Below are positions 37,948-47,724 of a DNA stretch of 64,000 nucleotides, in pieces. The notes below the pieces were generated by a model. It made no database searches. It was not told where the DNA came from and saw only the letters and a program-made list of their open reading frames with translations. The DNA is taken from positions 4,512,001 through 4,576,000 of the forward strand of contig CBDFLE010000006.1 of assembly GCA_965248925.1 (NCBI GenBank), read 5' to 3'. The position numbers and the translations under genes are program-made. This DNA comes from Candidatus Multivoradales bacterium (GTDB taxonomy: Bacteria > Acidobacteriota > Thermoanaerobaculia > Multivoradales > J023). How positions within the stretch are numbered: position 1 is the first letter of the stretch; each line of letters opens with the position of its first letter.

Positions 37948-39894
37948 ATGCACTTCAAGCGGTCGATTGTCGAGAACCTCATCTACGGCGCCCCCGATAC
38001 GCCGCGCTACACTCAGGACTCGCCGGTATTGCCGGATGTTTGGTTCGGCTATGGGCGCCGTCCAGGCGAACCTATCGACCTCCTGCTGACCCCGCATGTG
38101 GATTCCGGCGCTGGTGCTTTGGCGGTGTGCCTGCGTGATCGCCTGACGGCGGAGCGCAAGGGCGGGCGGCGCGGCGCGGCGGACATCGCCTACACTCAAA
38201 GCTACGTTGTTGCCCGCTTGTATCTCGACGAGTTAGTGCGCCTCGCCCTGCCCTTGACCGGCTGGTGGCGGGACTATGTCTGGGCGTCGACCCGGCAGCT
38301 GTCGCACTCGAAAAATCATCAGACCCCGCCCCTCGATCGCTTGGCCGAGCCCAAGTTGCGAGTGCTGATGGAGCGGGCGTTGGCCACCTTCGAGCAGGCC
38401 GAGGAGGCGGGTGTCAGCCAAGCGTCGGAGGAACGACGTGCCGATCTACCGATCGATCTGCTGTGGATGATGCGCATCGTCGGCAGCCTGGCATGGCTGG
38501 CCGATTGCCAAACTAGGGATCTTGGCAAGAGTTCTACGGAAGATCTTACCGAGTTGCCCGAGCCGTCTGAGATGGTCGACGCCATTGTCGAGCTGCTCGG
38601 AGATTTGCCGGAGGTCAGCAAAGACGATCCGTTGCTGCTCTGGCAGGTCAACTTGAACCGTGCCGCCAAGACCGCGGTCAGCCGTTCATCGTTGGCGATC
38701 AAGGCCGATGCCGCGCGATTGTTGTTCGAGGTGCATTGCAACAAACTGTCTTGGGCGGTGGTCGATAGCGGCATCGATGCTCGTCACCCGTCGTTTTGGC
38801 ACCGCCTACCGCCGGGGCAGCATGATCCTCGGGACGAAGACGACGAAGACCTCGAACTCGAACATTGGGCAGAGCGTACGCGGGTCAAAGAGACATTCGA
38901 CTTCACCCGCGTGCGAGTGTTGCTCAATCCCAGCCGGCTGGCGCGGCCCCAGAGCTTGCCGGAGCCGGTGCGCAAGCTACTCGAAGAGGGGCCGCCGGAA
39001 CGTTGTAAAGAACTGCGCCAACAGCTCAAGGAACTCAAGCGTCGCCTGCTGCGGGGCCGGTCGATCGATTGGCAGTTGTTAGAATCCTTCCTACGGGTGC
39101 CGCACGACGATGCCTACTTGCCGCCGCGTTCCGAGCACGGCACTCACGTTGCTGGCATCTTGGCGGCCGACTGGCCGCAGGAGGGGTTGCAGGGCATTTG
39201 CCCAGACCTCAATCTCTACGATTTACGAGTTCTCGACCCACAAGGGGAGAACGATGAGTTCACCGTCCTTGCCGCGTTGCAATTCGTCGACTATCTAAAT
39301 GCCAAGAAAGAGTTTCTATCGATCCACGGCGCCAATCTCAGTCTGGCGATCCATCATGAAGTCGCCAACTATGCTTGTGGCCGGACGCCGATTTGTGAGG
39401 AGTGTGAGCGGCTGGTGAGTTCAGGAGTAGTGGTGGTGGCGGCGGCGGGCAACGAAGGACATCAGCAATACCAGACTGCCAAGGGTTTGCGCGATGGCTA
39501 CAACACAGTGTCAATCACCGATCCGGGCAATGCCGCCGGGGTGATCACCGTCGGTTCGACCCACCGCGATCAGCCACACAACTACGGTGTCAGCTACTTC
39601 TCTAGCCGCGGTCCCACCGGCGATGGCCGATTGAAACCGGATCTGGTGGCGCCGGGGGAGAAGATCGTTGCGCCGACGCCGCACCGCAATCGGCGGCGCA
39701 AGGATGGCACCTCGATGGCGGCACCCCATGTTAGCGGTGCGGCGGCGATGTTGATGGCTCGCTACAGCGAGTTGATCGGCGAGCCCCAACGGATCAAGAA
39801 AGCTCTCTGTGACACTGCCACCGACCTCGGTCGCGAACGTTATTTCCAAGGCGCCGGCATGCTCGACGTGCTGCGCGCTCTCCAATCAATCTAA
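37948..39894 (+). CDS. S8 subtilase family serine protease, no signal peptide
   Basis: catalytic triad motifs VDSGID, HGTHVAGI, GTSMAAPHVSG; oxyanion AAGN. Confidence 0.92.
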   Translation: MHFKRSIVENLIYGAPDTPRYTQDSPVLPDVWFGYGRRPGEPIDLLLTPHVDSGAGALAVCLRDRLTAERKGGRRGAADIAYTQSYVVARLYLDELVRLALPLTGWWRDYVWASTRQLSHSKNHQTPPLDRLAEPKLRVLMERALATFEQAEEAGVSQASEERRADLPIDLLWMMRIVGSLAWLADCQTRDLGKSSTEDLTELPEPSEMVDAIVELLGDLPEVSKDDPLLLWQVNLNRAAKTAVSRSSLAIKADAARLLFEVHCNKLSWAVVDSGIDARHPSFWHRLPPGQHDPRDEDDEDLELEHWAERTRVKETFDFTRVRVLLNPSRLARPQSLPEPVRKLLEEGPPERCKELRQQLKELKRRLLRGRSIDWQLLESFLRVPHDDAYLPPRSEHGTHVAGILAADWPQEGLQGICPDLNLYDLRVLDPQGENDEFTVLAALQFVDYLNAKKEFLSIHGANLSLAIHHEVANYACGRTPICEECERLVSSGVVVVAAAGNEGHQQYQTAKGLRDGYNTVSITDPGNAAGVITVGSTHRDQPHNYGVSYFSSRGPTGDGRLKPDLVAPGEKIVAPTPHRNRRRKDGTSMAAPHVSGAAAMLMARYSELIGEPQRIKKALCDTATDLGRERYFQGAGMLDVLRALQSI

Positions 39895-39904
39895 GGAGGT
39901 ATCG

Positions 39905-41101
39905 ATGTTATTTACCCTCGAAGTACTACAAGCTAAGAAAGGTGACGCCCTGCTCCTGCATCTGGGCTCGGCCGACGATCCACGATTGATCGTGCTCGAT
40001 GGAGGACCCTCAGGGGTCTACAGCAAGAGCCTACGACCGCGTCTCGATGAGCTGCGGGCGGCGCGCAATCCTGGTGGGCCGTTGAATATTGATCTGATGA
40101 TGGTCAGCCACATCGACGACGATCACATCCACGGCTTGATCGATCTGACCGACAAGCTGATCGACCAGCAGAGCGATCAACAAGAACTCGATTACCGCAT
40201 TCACGGCCTGTGGCACAACGCCTTCGACGACGTGTTGGGCAACAACTCAGAGGTGCTGTTAGAGATCGTGGGCGAGATCGTCGGCGAGGCTTCGGCCGGA
40301 GGTGGCGCGGCGGCGCTAACCGGTCTCAGTCAGCCGGCGTCGCTGGTCTTGGCCAGTGTCGGCCAGGGGCAGTGCCTGCGCGACAACGCCAACGCTCTGG
40401 GCATCGAACTCAACAGCGCTGGCGAGGGTGGATTGATCGTCGCGCCGGGGGATGGTTCGGCCCTCGACCACTCGCTGGCCGCGGGGGTCGAGACCTTGGT
40501 CGTCGGCCCCAGCAAGGCACGTTTGCGCAAGCTGCAGGAAGACTGGGACAAGAAAGTCGAGAAACAGCAGCAAAAAGCCGAAGCTGCGGCCTATCTGGAC
40601 AAGTCGGTCTACAACCTCGCGTCGCTGGTGCTGCTATTACGCGCTGAGGGCAAAGAAATGCTGCTCACTGGCGATGCCCGCGGCGACGACATCCTGGCCG
40701 GCATGGCCGAAGCCGGCTTACTCGATGACGATGGTGGTCGCCACGTTGACGTTCTCAAGTTGCCGCACCACGGTAGTGACCGCAACGTCGAAACCGATTT
40801 CTTTCGCGACATCACCGCCGACCATTACGTGATTTCCGGCGATGGCGCCCACGGTAACCCCGAACTGGCCACTTACGAGATGCTGTTCAGCGCCCGTCGC
40901 CAGGACAATCGCCCTTTCACTCTTTACCTGACTTATCCGCTAGAAGAGCACAAGGGTCACCGGGGCCATCCTTATCCGGTAGCGGAAGTGGAGGCTCTGT
41001 TCAGTCGCGAGCGCGACGCCGGACAGCGATTCGACGTGGTGTTCCCGGCGGCTGGCAAGACTTCGACGGTGATCGATCTGCTCGATCCTTTCGTTAGTTG
41101 A
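39905..41101 (+). CDS. ComEC/Avs1a-like MBL-fold metallohydrolase (putative nuclease)
   Basis: GDA, DGGP, SHIDDDHI.G, N.AS, LLTGDA, KLPHHGS, HGNP motifs; SD AAGGAGG overlapping the S8 stop. Confidence 0.85.
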   Translation: MLFTLEVLQAKKGDALLLHLGSADDPRLIVLDGGPSGVYSKSLRPRLDELRAARNPGGPLNIDLMMVSHIDDDHIHGLIDLTDKLIDQQSDQQELDYRIHGLWHNAFDDVLGNNSEVLLEIVGEIVGEASAGGGAAALTGLSQPASLVLASVGQGQCLRDNANALGIELNSAGEGGLIVAPGDGSALDHSLAAGVETLVVGPSKARLRKLQEDWDKKVEKQQQKAEAAAYLDKSVYNLASLVLLLRAEGKEMLLTGDARGDDILAGMAEAGLLDDDGGRHVDVLKLPHHGSDRNVETDFFRDITADHYVISGDGAHGNPELATYEMLFSARRQDNRPFTLYLTYPLEEHKGHRGHPYPVAEVEALFSRERDAGQRFDVVFPAAGKTSTVIDLLDPFVS

Positions 41102-41342
41102 GCGCCCGGCCCAGGGTGCAGGCTCGCTGAGTCGATCGCGCCGAGCCTGTCAGGGGTAGAAAACCGTGGTCGGCGTTTGCGGACTGCCAGACGGCTACTA
41201 CCGAAACGGCGGCTCTACTGGTCAAGGCAAGTCCGGTCCGTCGAGGTTACCCAATTTGAAGCGGTGGGTCTGCTGAGCCGCTCTTAGCGCGCCCGCAGTG
41301 GGTTCATATGGTTAGAGGATCAAGGAGGCGTCCGCCGCGACC

Positions 41343-41765
41343 CTAACCCAGCCCCAGGCGACTGAGGGTATCGGCGGTTTCGAGGTTGAGATCGTAGTCC
41401 GCGAGCTTCTTGCTCGGCACCCAAGCGTATTGGTCGTGTTCTTCGCCGAGGGTCACGCCCGGGTCGACGGCGAGGCAGCGGAAGAGCAGGAAGATCATGT
41501 AGATCGGGCGCTGGCTGCCGTCGGCGAAGGTCTTGTCGTAGGTGCCGTCTTTGAACAAGGCCGGCTCGATGTCGCGGACCTCCAACCCGACTTCCTCTTG
41601 CAGTTCTCGGCGTAGGGCCTCGATCATTTGTTCGCCGGGCTCGATACCGCCACCAGGCAAGCCCCACTGGCCAGGAAATACGCCGCGCTGGTCGCACATC
41701 CGGCAGAGCAGCAGGTCGCCGTTGTCGTTGCTGACCAGCGGCACGACGATGATCCGGGTCTCCAC
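41343..41765 (-). CDS. nudI: Nudix nucleoside triphosphatase NudI-like
   Basis: RGVFPGQW.L.GGG.EPGE...ALRRE..EE.G Nudix box; IYMIFL.F.C. Confidence 0.8.
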   Translation of the reverse strand: METRIIVVPLVSNDNGDLLLCRMCDQRGVFPGQWGLPGGGIEPGEQMIEALRRELQEEVGLEVRDIEPALFKDGTYDKTFADGSQRPIYMIFLLFRCLAVDPGVTLGEEHDQYAWVPSKKLADYDLNLETADTLSRLGLG

Positions 41766-41767
41766 CC

Positions 41768-43348
41768 TCAGACCTCTCGGCACGCCGCGGGGCCGGACTG
41801 CAGCTGTCGTTTCAGCGCTCCGCGATCGATCTTGCCCAGGTGGGTGCGGGGCAGTTCGCCCAAGACAATCACCCGGCGGGGATGCTTGTAGGGTGCCAAG
41901 CAGGTCAAGGCATGCTGCTTAAGCTGCTGGTCGAGATCGGCGTCAGCAGCTGTAGCGAGGACGAAGGCGTAAGGCTTCATCAAGCCGTCGTTGTCGAGAG
42001 CGCCGATGACCGCGCATTCTTCGACCTGCGGATGCTCTAGCAGGCATTCCTCCAGTTCTTTGGGAATCAGCCACTTGCCGCCAATCTTGAGTACGTCGTC
42101 GGAACGGCCGCAGAAGCTCACCCAGCCTCCGCTATCGCGGCATACCAAGTCACCGCTGGCGAACCACTCGCCACGGAAGGCGGCGGCGCTCTTGTCCGCT
42201 TCCTGCCAGTAGCAGTCGGCCCGCGACTGCCCACGTACCCAGAGGCGGCCGATCTCGCCATCGTTGAGGGGTTGGTCCTGAGCGTCGCGAACTTGGATCT
42301 CGAATCCCTCTACGACCTTGCCAAGGGTGCCGGGTCGGACTTCACCGGGTCGGTTAGTGAGGAAAACGTGCCACATCTCGGCGGTGCCCAAGCCATCGAG
42401 CAGCTCGACGCCGAAGACTTCTTTCCACTGTTCGTACAGCGCCGTCGGAAGAGCTTCGCCGGCACTGGTGGCGAAACGCAGGCTGGAGAGATCTTGCTCG
42501 GCGGCATCTGCCTGGGCCAGCATGCGGCTGATCACTGTCGGCACGTTGATCAGGATGGTTGGCCGATGACGGGCGATCTGGCGGAAGATCTCCTCAGCGG
42601 TGGGTTTTTCCGGGAACAGCACCGCGCTGGCACCGACCGAGAATGGGAAGAGCAGGTTCGAGCCGGTGGCATAGCCGAAGAAGAGCTTCGGCACCGACAG
42701 GGTGACGTCATCTTTGTGGTAGCCCAAGGTGCGGCGGGCGTAGAGCTCGGTGGTGTTGGCGAACGAGCGGTGGCTTTGCACCACCGCTTTGGGGCGACCG
42801 GTGGTGCCGCCGGAAAACAACCAGATGGCGGCGTCGTCGCGGTGGCTGGGGAAGCAGGCGATCTCCGTGTTGGCTGGCGATACGTCGGCGAAACGGGTCT
42901 CGTCGGCAAAATCCTCACCTGACTCGTCAGAACCCACCGTTAGCACTGCTGCCGGCCAAGCCGAGCCCTGCCTTGCGGCTCTGAAAGTTGCCGCCGCGGC
43001 GGCGTCCACCACCAGAGCACGGCAGCGGGTGTAGGCGAAGAGTGCCGCCAGCTCGGCCTCGCCCAGAGCCGGATTGACCATCACCGCCACCGCGCCGAGC
43101 TGTAAGGCACCCAACAGCGCCCCGACCATCTCGGCGCCGTCTGGCAAGGCTAGCATCACCCGTTCCTCTGAGCGCACCCGCAAATGCCGTAGCGCTTGCG
43201 CGAAATGTTGAGCCAGCTCGTGAACTTGCCGATAGGTCAGGTTGCGCTCGGCCAGTCGCAGAGCGATCCGATTCCCTTGGCCGTTGCGCAAGCGCTGGCC
43301 GAGAAAGTGGTCGGCAATATTAAGCTGTTCGGGGAACTCGAAAGGCAT
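41768..43348 (-). CDS. benzoate-CoA ligase family acyl-CoA synthetase
   Basis: FSGGTTGRPK, KLFFGYA.G, SAGEALP, DGLGTAE, GRSDD..K motifs. Confidence 0.88.
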   Translation of the reverse strand: MPFEFPEQLNIADHFLGQRLRNGQGNRIALRLAERNLTYRQVHELAQHFAQALRHLRVRSEERVMLALPDGAEMVGALLGALQLGAVAVMVNPALGEAELAALFAYTRCRALVVDAAAAATFRAARQGSAWPAAVLTVGSDESGEDFADETRFADVSPANTEIACFPSHRDDAAIWLFSGGTTGRPKAVVQSHRSFANTTELYARRTLGYHKDDVTLSVPKLFFGYATGSNLLFPFSVGASAVLFPEKPTAEEIFRQIARHRPTILINVPTVISRMLAQADAAEQDLSSLRFATSAGEALPTALYEQWKEVFGVELLDGLGTAEMWHVFLTNRPGEVRPGTLGKVVEGFEIQVRDAQDQPLNDGEIGRLWVRGQSRADCYWQEADKSAAAFRGEWFASGDLVCRDSGGWVSFCGRSDDVLKIGGKWLIPKELEECLLEHPQVEECAVIGALDNDGLMKPYAFVLATAADADLDQQLKQHALTCLAPYKHPRRVIVLGELPRTHLGKIDRGALKRQLQSGPAACREV

Positions 43349-43361
43349 CGGTAAATCTCCG

Positions 43362-44867
43362 TCAGCTTGTTTGATGTTCGGGGCGGAGCAGGTCGAAGAC
43401 GGTCTTGACCGGCGCGAAAGTGGCCGCCGGGACTTCGACGAAGACTGTTGTCCAATGAGCCATGGCGCCGTTCCATAAGCCGGGGTGCTCGAGGGCCAGC
43501 AGGGGACGGTCGCCAGCGGTCTTGCGGCTAACGAAAGCGGTCGCTGGGTCGACGAAGTCGGCCAGGCGATACGGCTTGCCGTGGCGGTCGCGCAGAGCAC
43601 AAGCCAGATCGACTGGATTGAAATGTGTGGCCGCAGCGACAACAGCTTGTTGCCGTGGGTCTGTGCGATCGATCTGCGCGGCTTCGACTATCTGCGCCGT
43701 GGCTCCAGCCGTCTTGCCGACCCAGAAAGGGCCGCCGCCGGGCTCGCCCTCATTGGGCACCATGCCGCAAACCCGCAACGGTCGGTCGATCGCGTAGCGG
43801 AGGAACTCGCGGACGGCAGGTTCAGCGGAGTCGGCGAGCTGTCTAGCGGCGGTGATCTGCAACGAATCGGCGGCAAATTCGAGGGCCGCGGCGAGTTCCT
43901 CGCCGGCCAGCGGGGGGCTTGAGTCGAGGTGCTCCAAGATCTCGAAGGCGGTGTTTTGTAAGCGTGCCAACAGACCGCCGAGGAGCCGCTGGTAGCGCGC
44001 CGCCACCTGCCGGTGCTCGGCCGGCAGGATGTTGTCAATATTCTTCACCAACACCAGATCTCCAGCGGCTGCTTCGAGGTTGGCGAGCAGCGCCCCGTGG
44101 CCGCCCGGACGCAGGAGTAGCTGGCCGTCTCGGCGGCGAAAGAATTCACCGTGGGGAGTCAGGGCGATGGTGTCGGTAGCCGCGCCTTGGTGGGAGAAGG
44201 CGACTTCGAAGCGTACCCCATGGGCTGTTTCCAACGGTTCTCGGAGGGCGTTCAGATGCTGGTCGAAGTCGTTCTGATAGTCGGCGCCAACGGTGAAGTG
44301 AAGGCGGCAGATCCCCGAGCCGTCGGTGACCACCTCGGCAGCCTCGGCGAGATGCTCAGCGAAGGCTGTACGCGAGCCGTTGGCGATGCGGTGGAACGGC
44401 ACCAAAGCCTTGGGCCGGCTGGCCAGATCGAGCCCTTGGCGCGAGAGGAGAGCGTCGAGCAGTGCCGCCGGTTGGCTAGCCTGGGCGGCCAACGGCTCGC
44501 TGAAGGGAAGGCGATCCAACTCTCTGACCAACCGGTCGCGGGCGGTCAGTGCAGTGCCGGTGGTGCTGCCGGCCCAGGCCGCTAGGAGATCGGCGAACAT
44601 CCTCGTCGCGGCCCCCGAGGCGGGCACGAATTTGCTGAACCGGCCGGCTCGCGCTGCCGCTTGTTGTTCCTTTTCGAGGTTTGCGAAATCGGCTGGCGCG
44701 AGTCGCAGAATGCCATCGCCGACAGTGCAGGGTCGCAGCACGGGGGCTGCCGGCGGCGGCGAGGCGAGTACCGCGAGCTGGCGTTTGACCTCGGCTCCAC
44801 TGAGGCCGTGGGCGGCGAGTTGGCGGCGGTCGGCAGCGGTCAGCCGGGGGCACGGGTCAGTGCTCAT
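43362..44867 (-). CDS. DUF4301 family protein (nucleotidyltransferase-like fold)
   Basis: KFVPASGAATRMF, RPGGHGAL, KNIDN, GEPGGGPF, THFNPVD, PGLWNGAM, F.PVKTV.DLL motifs. Confidence 0.88.
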   Translation of the reverse strand: MSTDPCPRLTAADRRQLAAHGLSGAEVKRQLAVLASPPPAAPVLRPCTVGDGILRLAPADFANLEKEQQAAARAGRFSKFVPASGAATRMFADLLAAWAGSTTGTALTARDRLVRELDRLPFSEPLAAQASQPAALLDALLSRQGLDLASRPKALVPFHRIANGSRTAFAEHLAEAAEVVTDGSGICRLHFTVGADYQNDFDQHLNALREPLETAHGVRFEVAFSHQGAATDTIALTPHGEFFRRRDGQLLLRPGGHGALLANLEAAAGDLVLVKNIDNILPAEHRQVAARYQRLLGGLLARLQNTAFEILEHLDSSPPLAGEELAAALEFAADSLQITAARQLADSAEPAVREFLRYAIDRPLRVCGMVPNEGEPGGGPFWVGKTAGATAQIVEAAQIDRTDPRQQAVVAAATHFNPVDLACALRDRHGKPYRLADFVDPATAFVSRKTAGDRPLLALEHPGLWNGAMAHWTTVFVEVPAATFAPVKTVFDLLRPEHQTS

Positions 44868-44882
44868 TTCGCGCCTGTTCCG

Positions 44883-45440
44883 TCAGTCGCCGGGGTAGAC
44901 CGGCAGCTGTACTTCGATCTCCGAAAGACGTGGTGCGACGGCGTCTTTGGCCGACAGCTGGGGGGTGTCCAGGGGCCAGGCGATGGCCAGGTCGGGGTCG
45001 TTCCAAATCACTGCCAACTCGTCGTCACGGTCGTAGAGGGCGGTGCATTTGTACTCGACTTGGGCGCTTGCAGAAAGCACGCAGAAGCCATGCAGAAAGT
45101 CCGGCGGCACGTAGAGCTGGCGGAAATTGCCGGCCGATAGCACCTCGCCGACCCACTGGCCGAAATGCGGTGAGCCGCGGCGCATATCGACTGCCACATC
45201 GAAGATCTCGCCTTCGACGGCACGCACCAGCTTGCCCTGGGGGGTCTTGGCCTGAGCGTGCAGTCCGCGCAAAATGCCGCGACTAGACTTCGAGTGGTTG
45301 TCTTGGATGAAGGGCAGGGGGATGCCGCCGTCAACGTATTTTTCTTGGTGGTAGGTCTCAAGGAAGAAACCTCGTTCGTCGCCGTGCACATCGGGCTCGA
45401 CGAGAATCACTCCTGGCAGGGCAGTCTGCTCGAATCTCAA
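44883..45440 (-). CDS. rfbC: dTDP-4-dehydrorhamnose 3,5-epimerase
   Basis: DERGFF.E, QDNHS.S, LRGLH, QGKLVR, HGF, YKC motifs. Confidence 0.95.
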   Translation of the reverse strand: MRFEQTALPGVILVEPDVHGDERGFFLETYHQEKYVDGGIPLPFIQDNHSKSSRGILRGLHAQAKTPQGKLVRAVEGEIFDVAVDMRRGSPHFGQWVGEVLSAGNFRQLYVPPDFLHGFCVLSASAQVEYKCTALYDRDDELAVIWNDPDLAIAWPLDTPQLSAKDAVAPRLSEIEVQLPVYPGD

Positions 45441-45457
45441 GGCATTCTCCTCCGGGC

Positions 45458-46579
45458 TCAGCTCTGGCTGGCCAAACCAAGGCGTTGGCGGCTGTCGCCC
45501 GCGACTTCACGGCACCAGTCGAGATGTGCTAGGTACCAGCGCACGGTCTCCGCCAGGCCGCTCGAGAAGTCGTGCCGCGGTTGCCAGCCGAGTTCGCTGC
45601 GCGCCTTGCCGGCGTCGATGGCATAACGCCAATCGTGCCCCGGACGGTCGTCGACAAAGGTCTTGAGTTCCACATAGGACTGTAAGCCTTGGTCGCTGAG
45701 TCGCGGGTTCTCGGACGCGGGTCGCTGTTGTTCGAGAATTCTGCAAATCTCGTCCACCACTTGCAGATTGGTGCGTTCGTTGCCGCCGCCCAAGTTGTAC
45801 TTCTCCCCCGGTTGGCCTGCCCCCAGGGCGTCGAGAATGCCAGCGCAATGATCGCCGACATAAATCCAGTCGCGGACGTTCTGGCCGTTACCGTAGATCG
45901 GCAGCGGGCGACCGTCGAGGGCGTTCAAGATCATCACCGGGATCAGCTTTTCAGGGAATTGGAAGGGGCCGTAGTTATTCGAGCAGTTGGTGATGATCAC
46001 CGGCAGACCGTAGGTTCGGTGATAGGCGCTGGCCAGGTGATCGGCGGCTGCCTTCGAGGCCGAATAGGGAGAACTCGGATCGTAGGCGGTGTCTTCGCGG
46101 AATAGGCCAGTGGCACCGAGTGAGCCGTAGACTTCATCGGTCGAGACATGTAAGAAGCGTAGCTTTTTCCGCTCGTTCGCCGGCAGCTCGTCACGCAGGT
46201 GGCGAGCGGCGTCGAGAAGTTCGAAGGTGCCGACGATATTGGTGTTGATGAACTCTCCGGGAGCGTCGATCGAGCGATCCACATGGCTCTCGGCGGCAAA
46301 GTTGACTGTCCAGCGCGGACGTTCTTCGGCAAATAGCGCGCGCACGGTTGCGCGGTCGGAAATATCGCCTTCGACGAAGCGAAAACGGGAGTTCTCGGCG
46401 ACCTCACGCAGGCTCAGCAAGTTGCCGGCGTAGGTTAGCTTGTCGAGCACCACGATGCGGTCGGTGGAGCGTTCGAGCGCCAGGCGGACAAAGTTTGAGC
46501 CGATGAAGCCAGCGCCACCGGTAATCAGAAGGGTGTCGCTGAGGGGCGGGTCGCTGTGGGCTTTGCTCAGTTTGCTCAT
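45458..46579 (-). CDS. rfbB: dTDP-glucose 4,6-dehydratase
   Basis: [37 protein letters not shown] motifs. Confidence 0.96.
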   Translation of the reverse strand: MSKLSKAHSDPPLSDTLLITGGAGFIGSNFVRLALERSTDRIVVLDKLTYAGNLLSLREVAENSRFRFVEGDISDRATVRALFAEERPRWTVNFAAESHVDRSIDAPGEFINTNIVGTFELLDAARHLRDELPANERKKLRFLHVSTDEVYGSLGATGLFREDTAYDPSSPYSASKAAADHLASAYHRTYGLPVIITNCSNNYGPFQFPEKLIPVMILNALDGRPLPIYGNGQNVRDWIYVGDHCAGILDALGAGQPGEKYNLGGGNERTNLQVVDEICRILEQQRPASENPRLSDQGLQSYVELKTFVDDRPGHDWRYAIDAGKARSELGWQPRHDFSSGLAETVRWYLAHLDWCREVAGDSRQRLGLASQS

Positions 46580-46648
46580 GGTTCCTCTCGGGCGCGCAGT
46601 ATACCCTTGCCCGGCGTGGCGCCGCCGCCCTCCTGGAGAGACCTTTCG

Positions 46649-47455
46649 ATGTCGTTGATGCAAGCCGTCATTCTCGCCCTGGTGCAGGGGTTGACCGAGT
46701 TTCTGCCGATCAGCTCTTCAGCCCATTTGGTGCTGTTGCCCTGGTTGCTGGGCTGGAATGAGCACGACCTGCTCTTCGATGTTGTCACCAACACCGGCAC
46801 GTTGCTGGCGGCGGTGGTCTTTTTTCGCCGTGAGCTGATTCTGAGCCTCGGTCTGGCACCGCGGGTCGATGGAGCCGAGGGTCGGCTGGGGAGCCCCCGA
46901 TTGGCCGCCAAGCTGCTTCTGGCGACTTTTCCGGCAGCTCTCTGTGGACTCCTATTCTACGATCTTCTGGCCGGGGTCGCGCGCAGTCCGGCGGTGATCG
47001 CCACGACCTCGATCGTCTTTGGCCTACTGCTGTGGTGGGCCGACCGCTGCGGCCGCCGGCAGCGACAAATGGACGATATTGGCTGGCTCGAGGCACTGTG
47101 GATCGGTCTGGCGCAAGCGTTGGCACTGGTTCCTGGAACCTCGCGATCTGGAGTCACCATCACCCTTGGCCTGGGGCTTGGTCTGAAGCGGAGCGAGGCC
47201 GCCCGATTCTCCTTTTTGCTGGCGATTCCGGTGGGCCTGCTGGCGCTAGCCAAACAGCTGCTGGACCTGTTTTTGGCGCCTAAAGTTGAGGTCGAAATGC
47301 TGCCTTTGGTAGTCGGTTTTGGAGTCTCGGCAATCTCGGCTTATCTTGCTATTGGCGGTTTACTACGCTGGCTCGAACGCCAAACAATGGGCCCTTTCGT
47401 GGTCTACCGAGTGCTCCTCGGTGCGCTCGTAGGTGCTTTAGTTTGTTGCATTTAG
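46649..47455 (+). CDS. uppP: undecaprenyl-diphosphate phosphatase (BacA)
   Basis: QGLTEFLPISSSAH, PGTSRSG.T, AARFSFL motifs. Confidence 0.95.
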   Translation: MSLMQAVILALVQGLTEFLPISSSAHLVLLPWLLGWNEHDLLFDVVTNTGTLLAAVVFFRRELILSLGLAPRVDGAEGRLGSPRLAAKLLLATFPAALCGLLFYDLLAGVARSPAVIATTSIVFGLLLWWADRCGRRQRQMDDIGWLEALWIGLAQALALVPGTSRSGVTITLGLGLGLKRSEAARFSFLLAIPVGLLALAKQLLDLFLAPKVEVEMLPLVVGFGVSAISAYLAIGGLLRWLERQTMGPFVVYRVLLGALVGALVCCI

Positions 47456-47508
47456 CAGTCTGGGTTGAGGCTGGGTGTATTGCTCAGGGAAAATGGCGCG
47501 TTATACGG

Positions 47509-47537
47509 TTGACTCAATCCGGAGCTACCCCTAGTAT
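47509..47537 (+). promoter_or_regulatory. sigma70 promoter driving the sRNA candidate
   Basis: TTGACT-17 bp-TAGTAT. Confidence 0.7.
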
Positions 47538-47544
47538 CTTTCTT

Positions 47545-47609
47545 GCGAGGAGGCAAAATCCTCCTCTCATCCCTCCCAACGAGGGGCGCAAGACGCCCCT
47601 CCTTTTTTT
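47545..47609 (+). ncRNA. candidate ~65-nt small RNA
   Basis: promoter upstream; 5' hairpin GAGGAGG/CCTCCTC; C-rich linker; intrinsic terminator. Confidence 0.55.
47581..47609 (+). terminator. intrinsic terminator
   Basis: GAGGGGCG-caaga-CGCCCCTC followed by C and T7. Confidence 0.88.
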
Positions 47610-47724
47610 GTCTAAAATATTTTCTCAAGTTTTTTCTTGTTTAATACTCCGCGGCCGCCGCGGCGGCAAGAGGGTGCTGCGTTTGCGGTGTATCTTCTCC
47701 CGGTCCCCTGCGTAGAGCCAGGGA

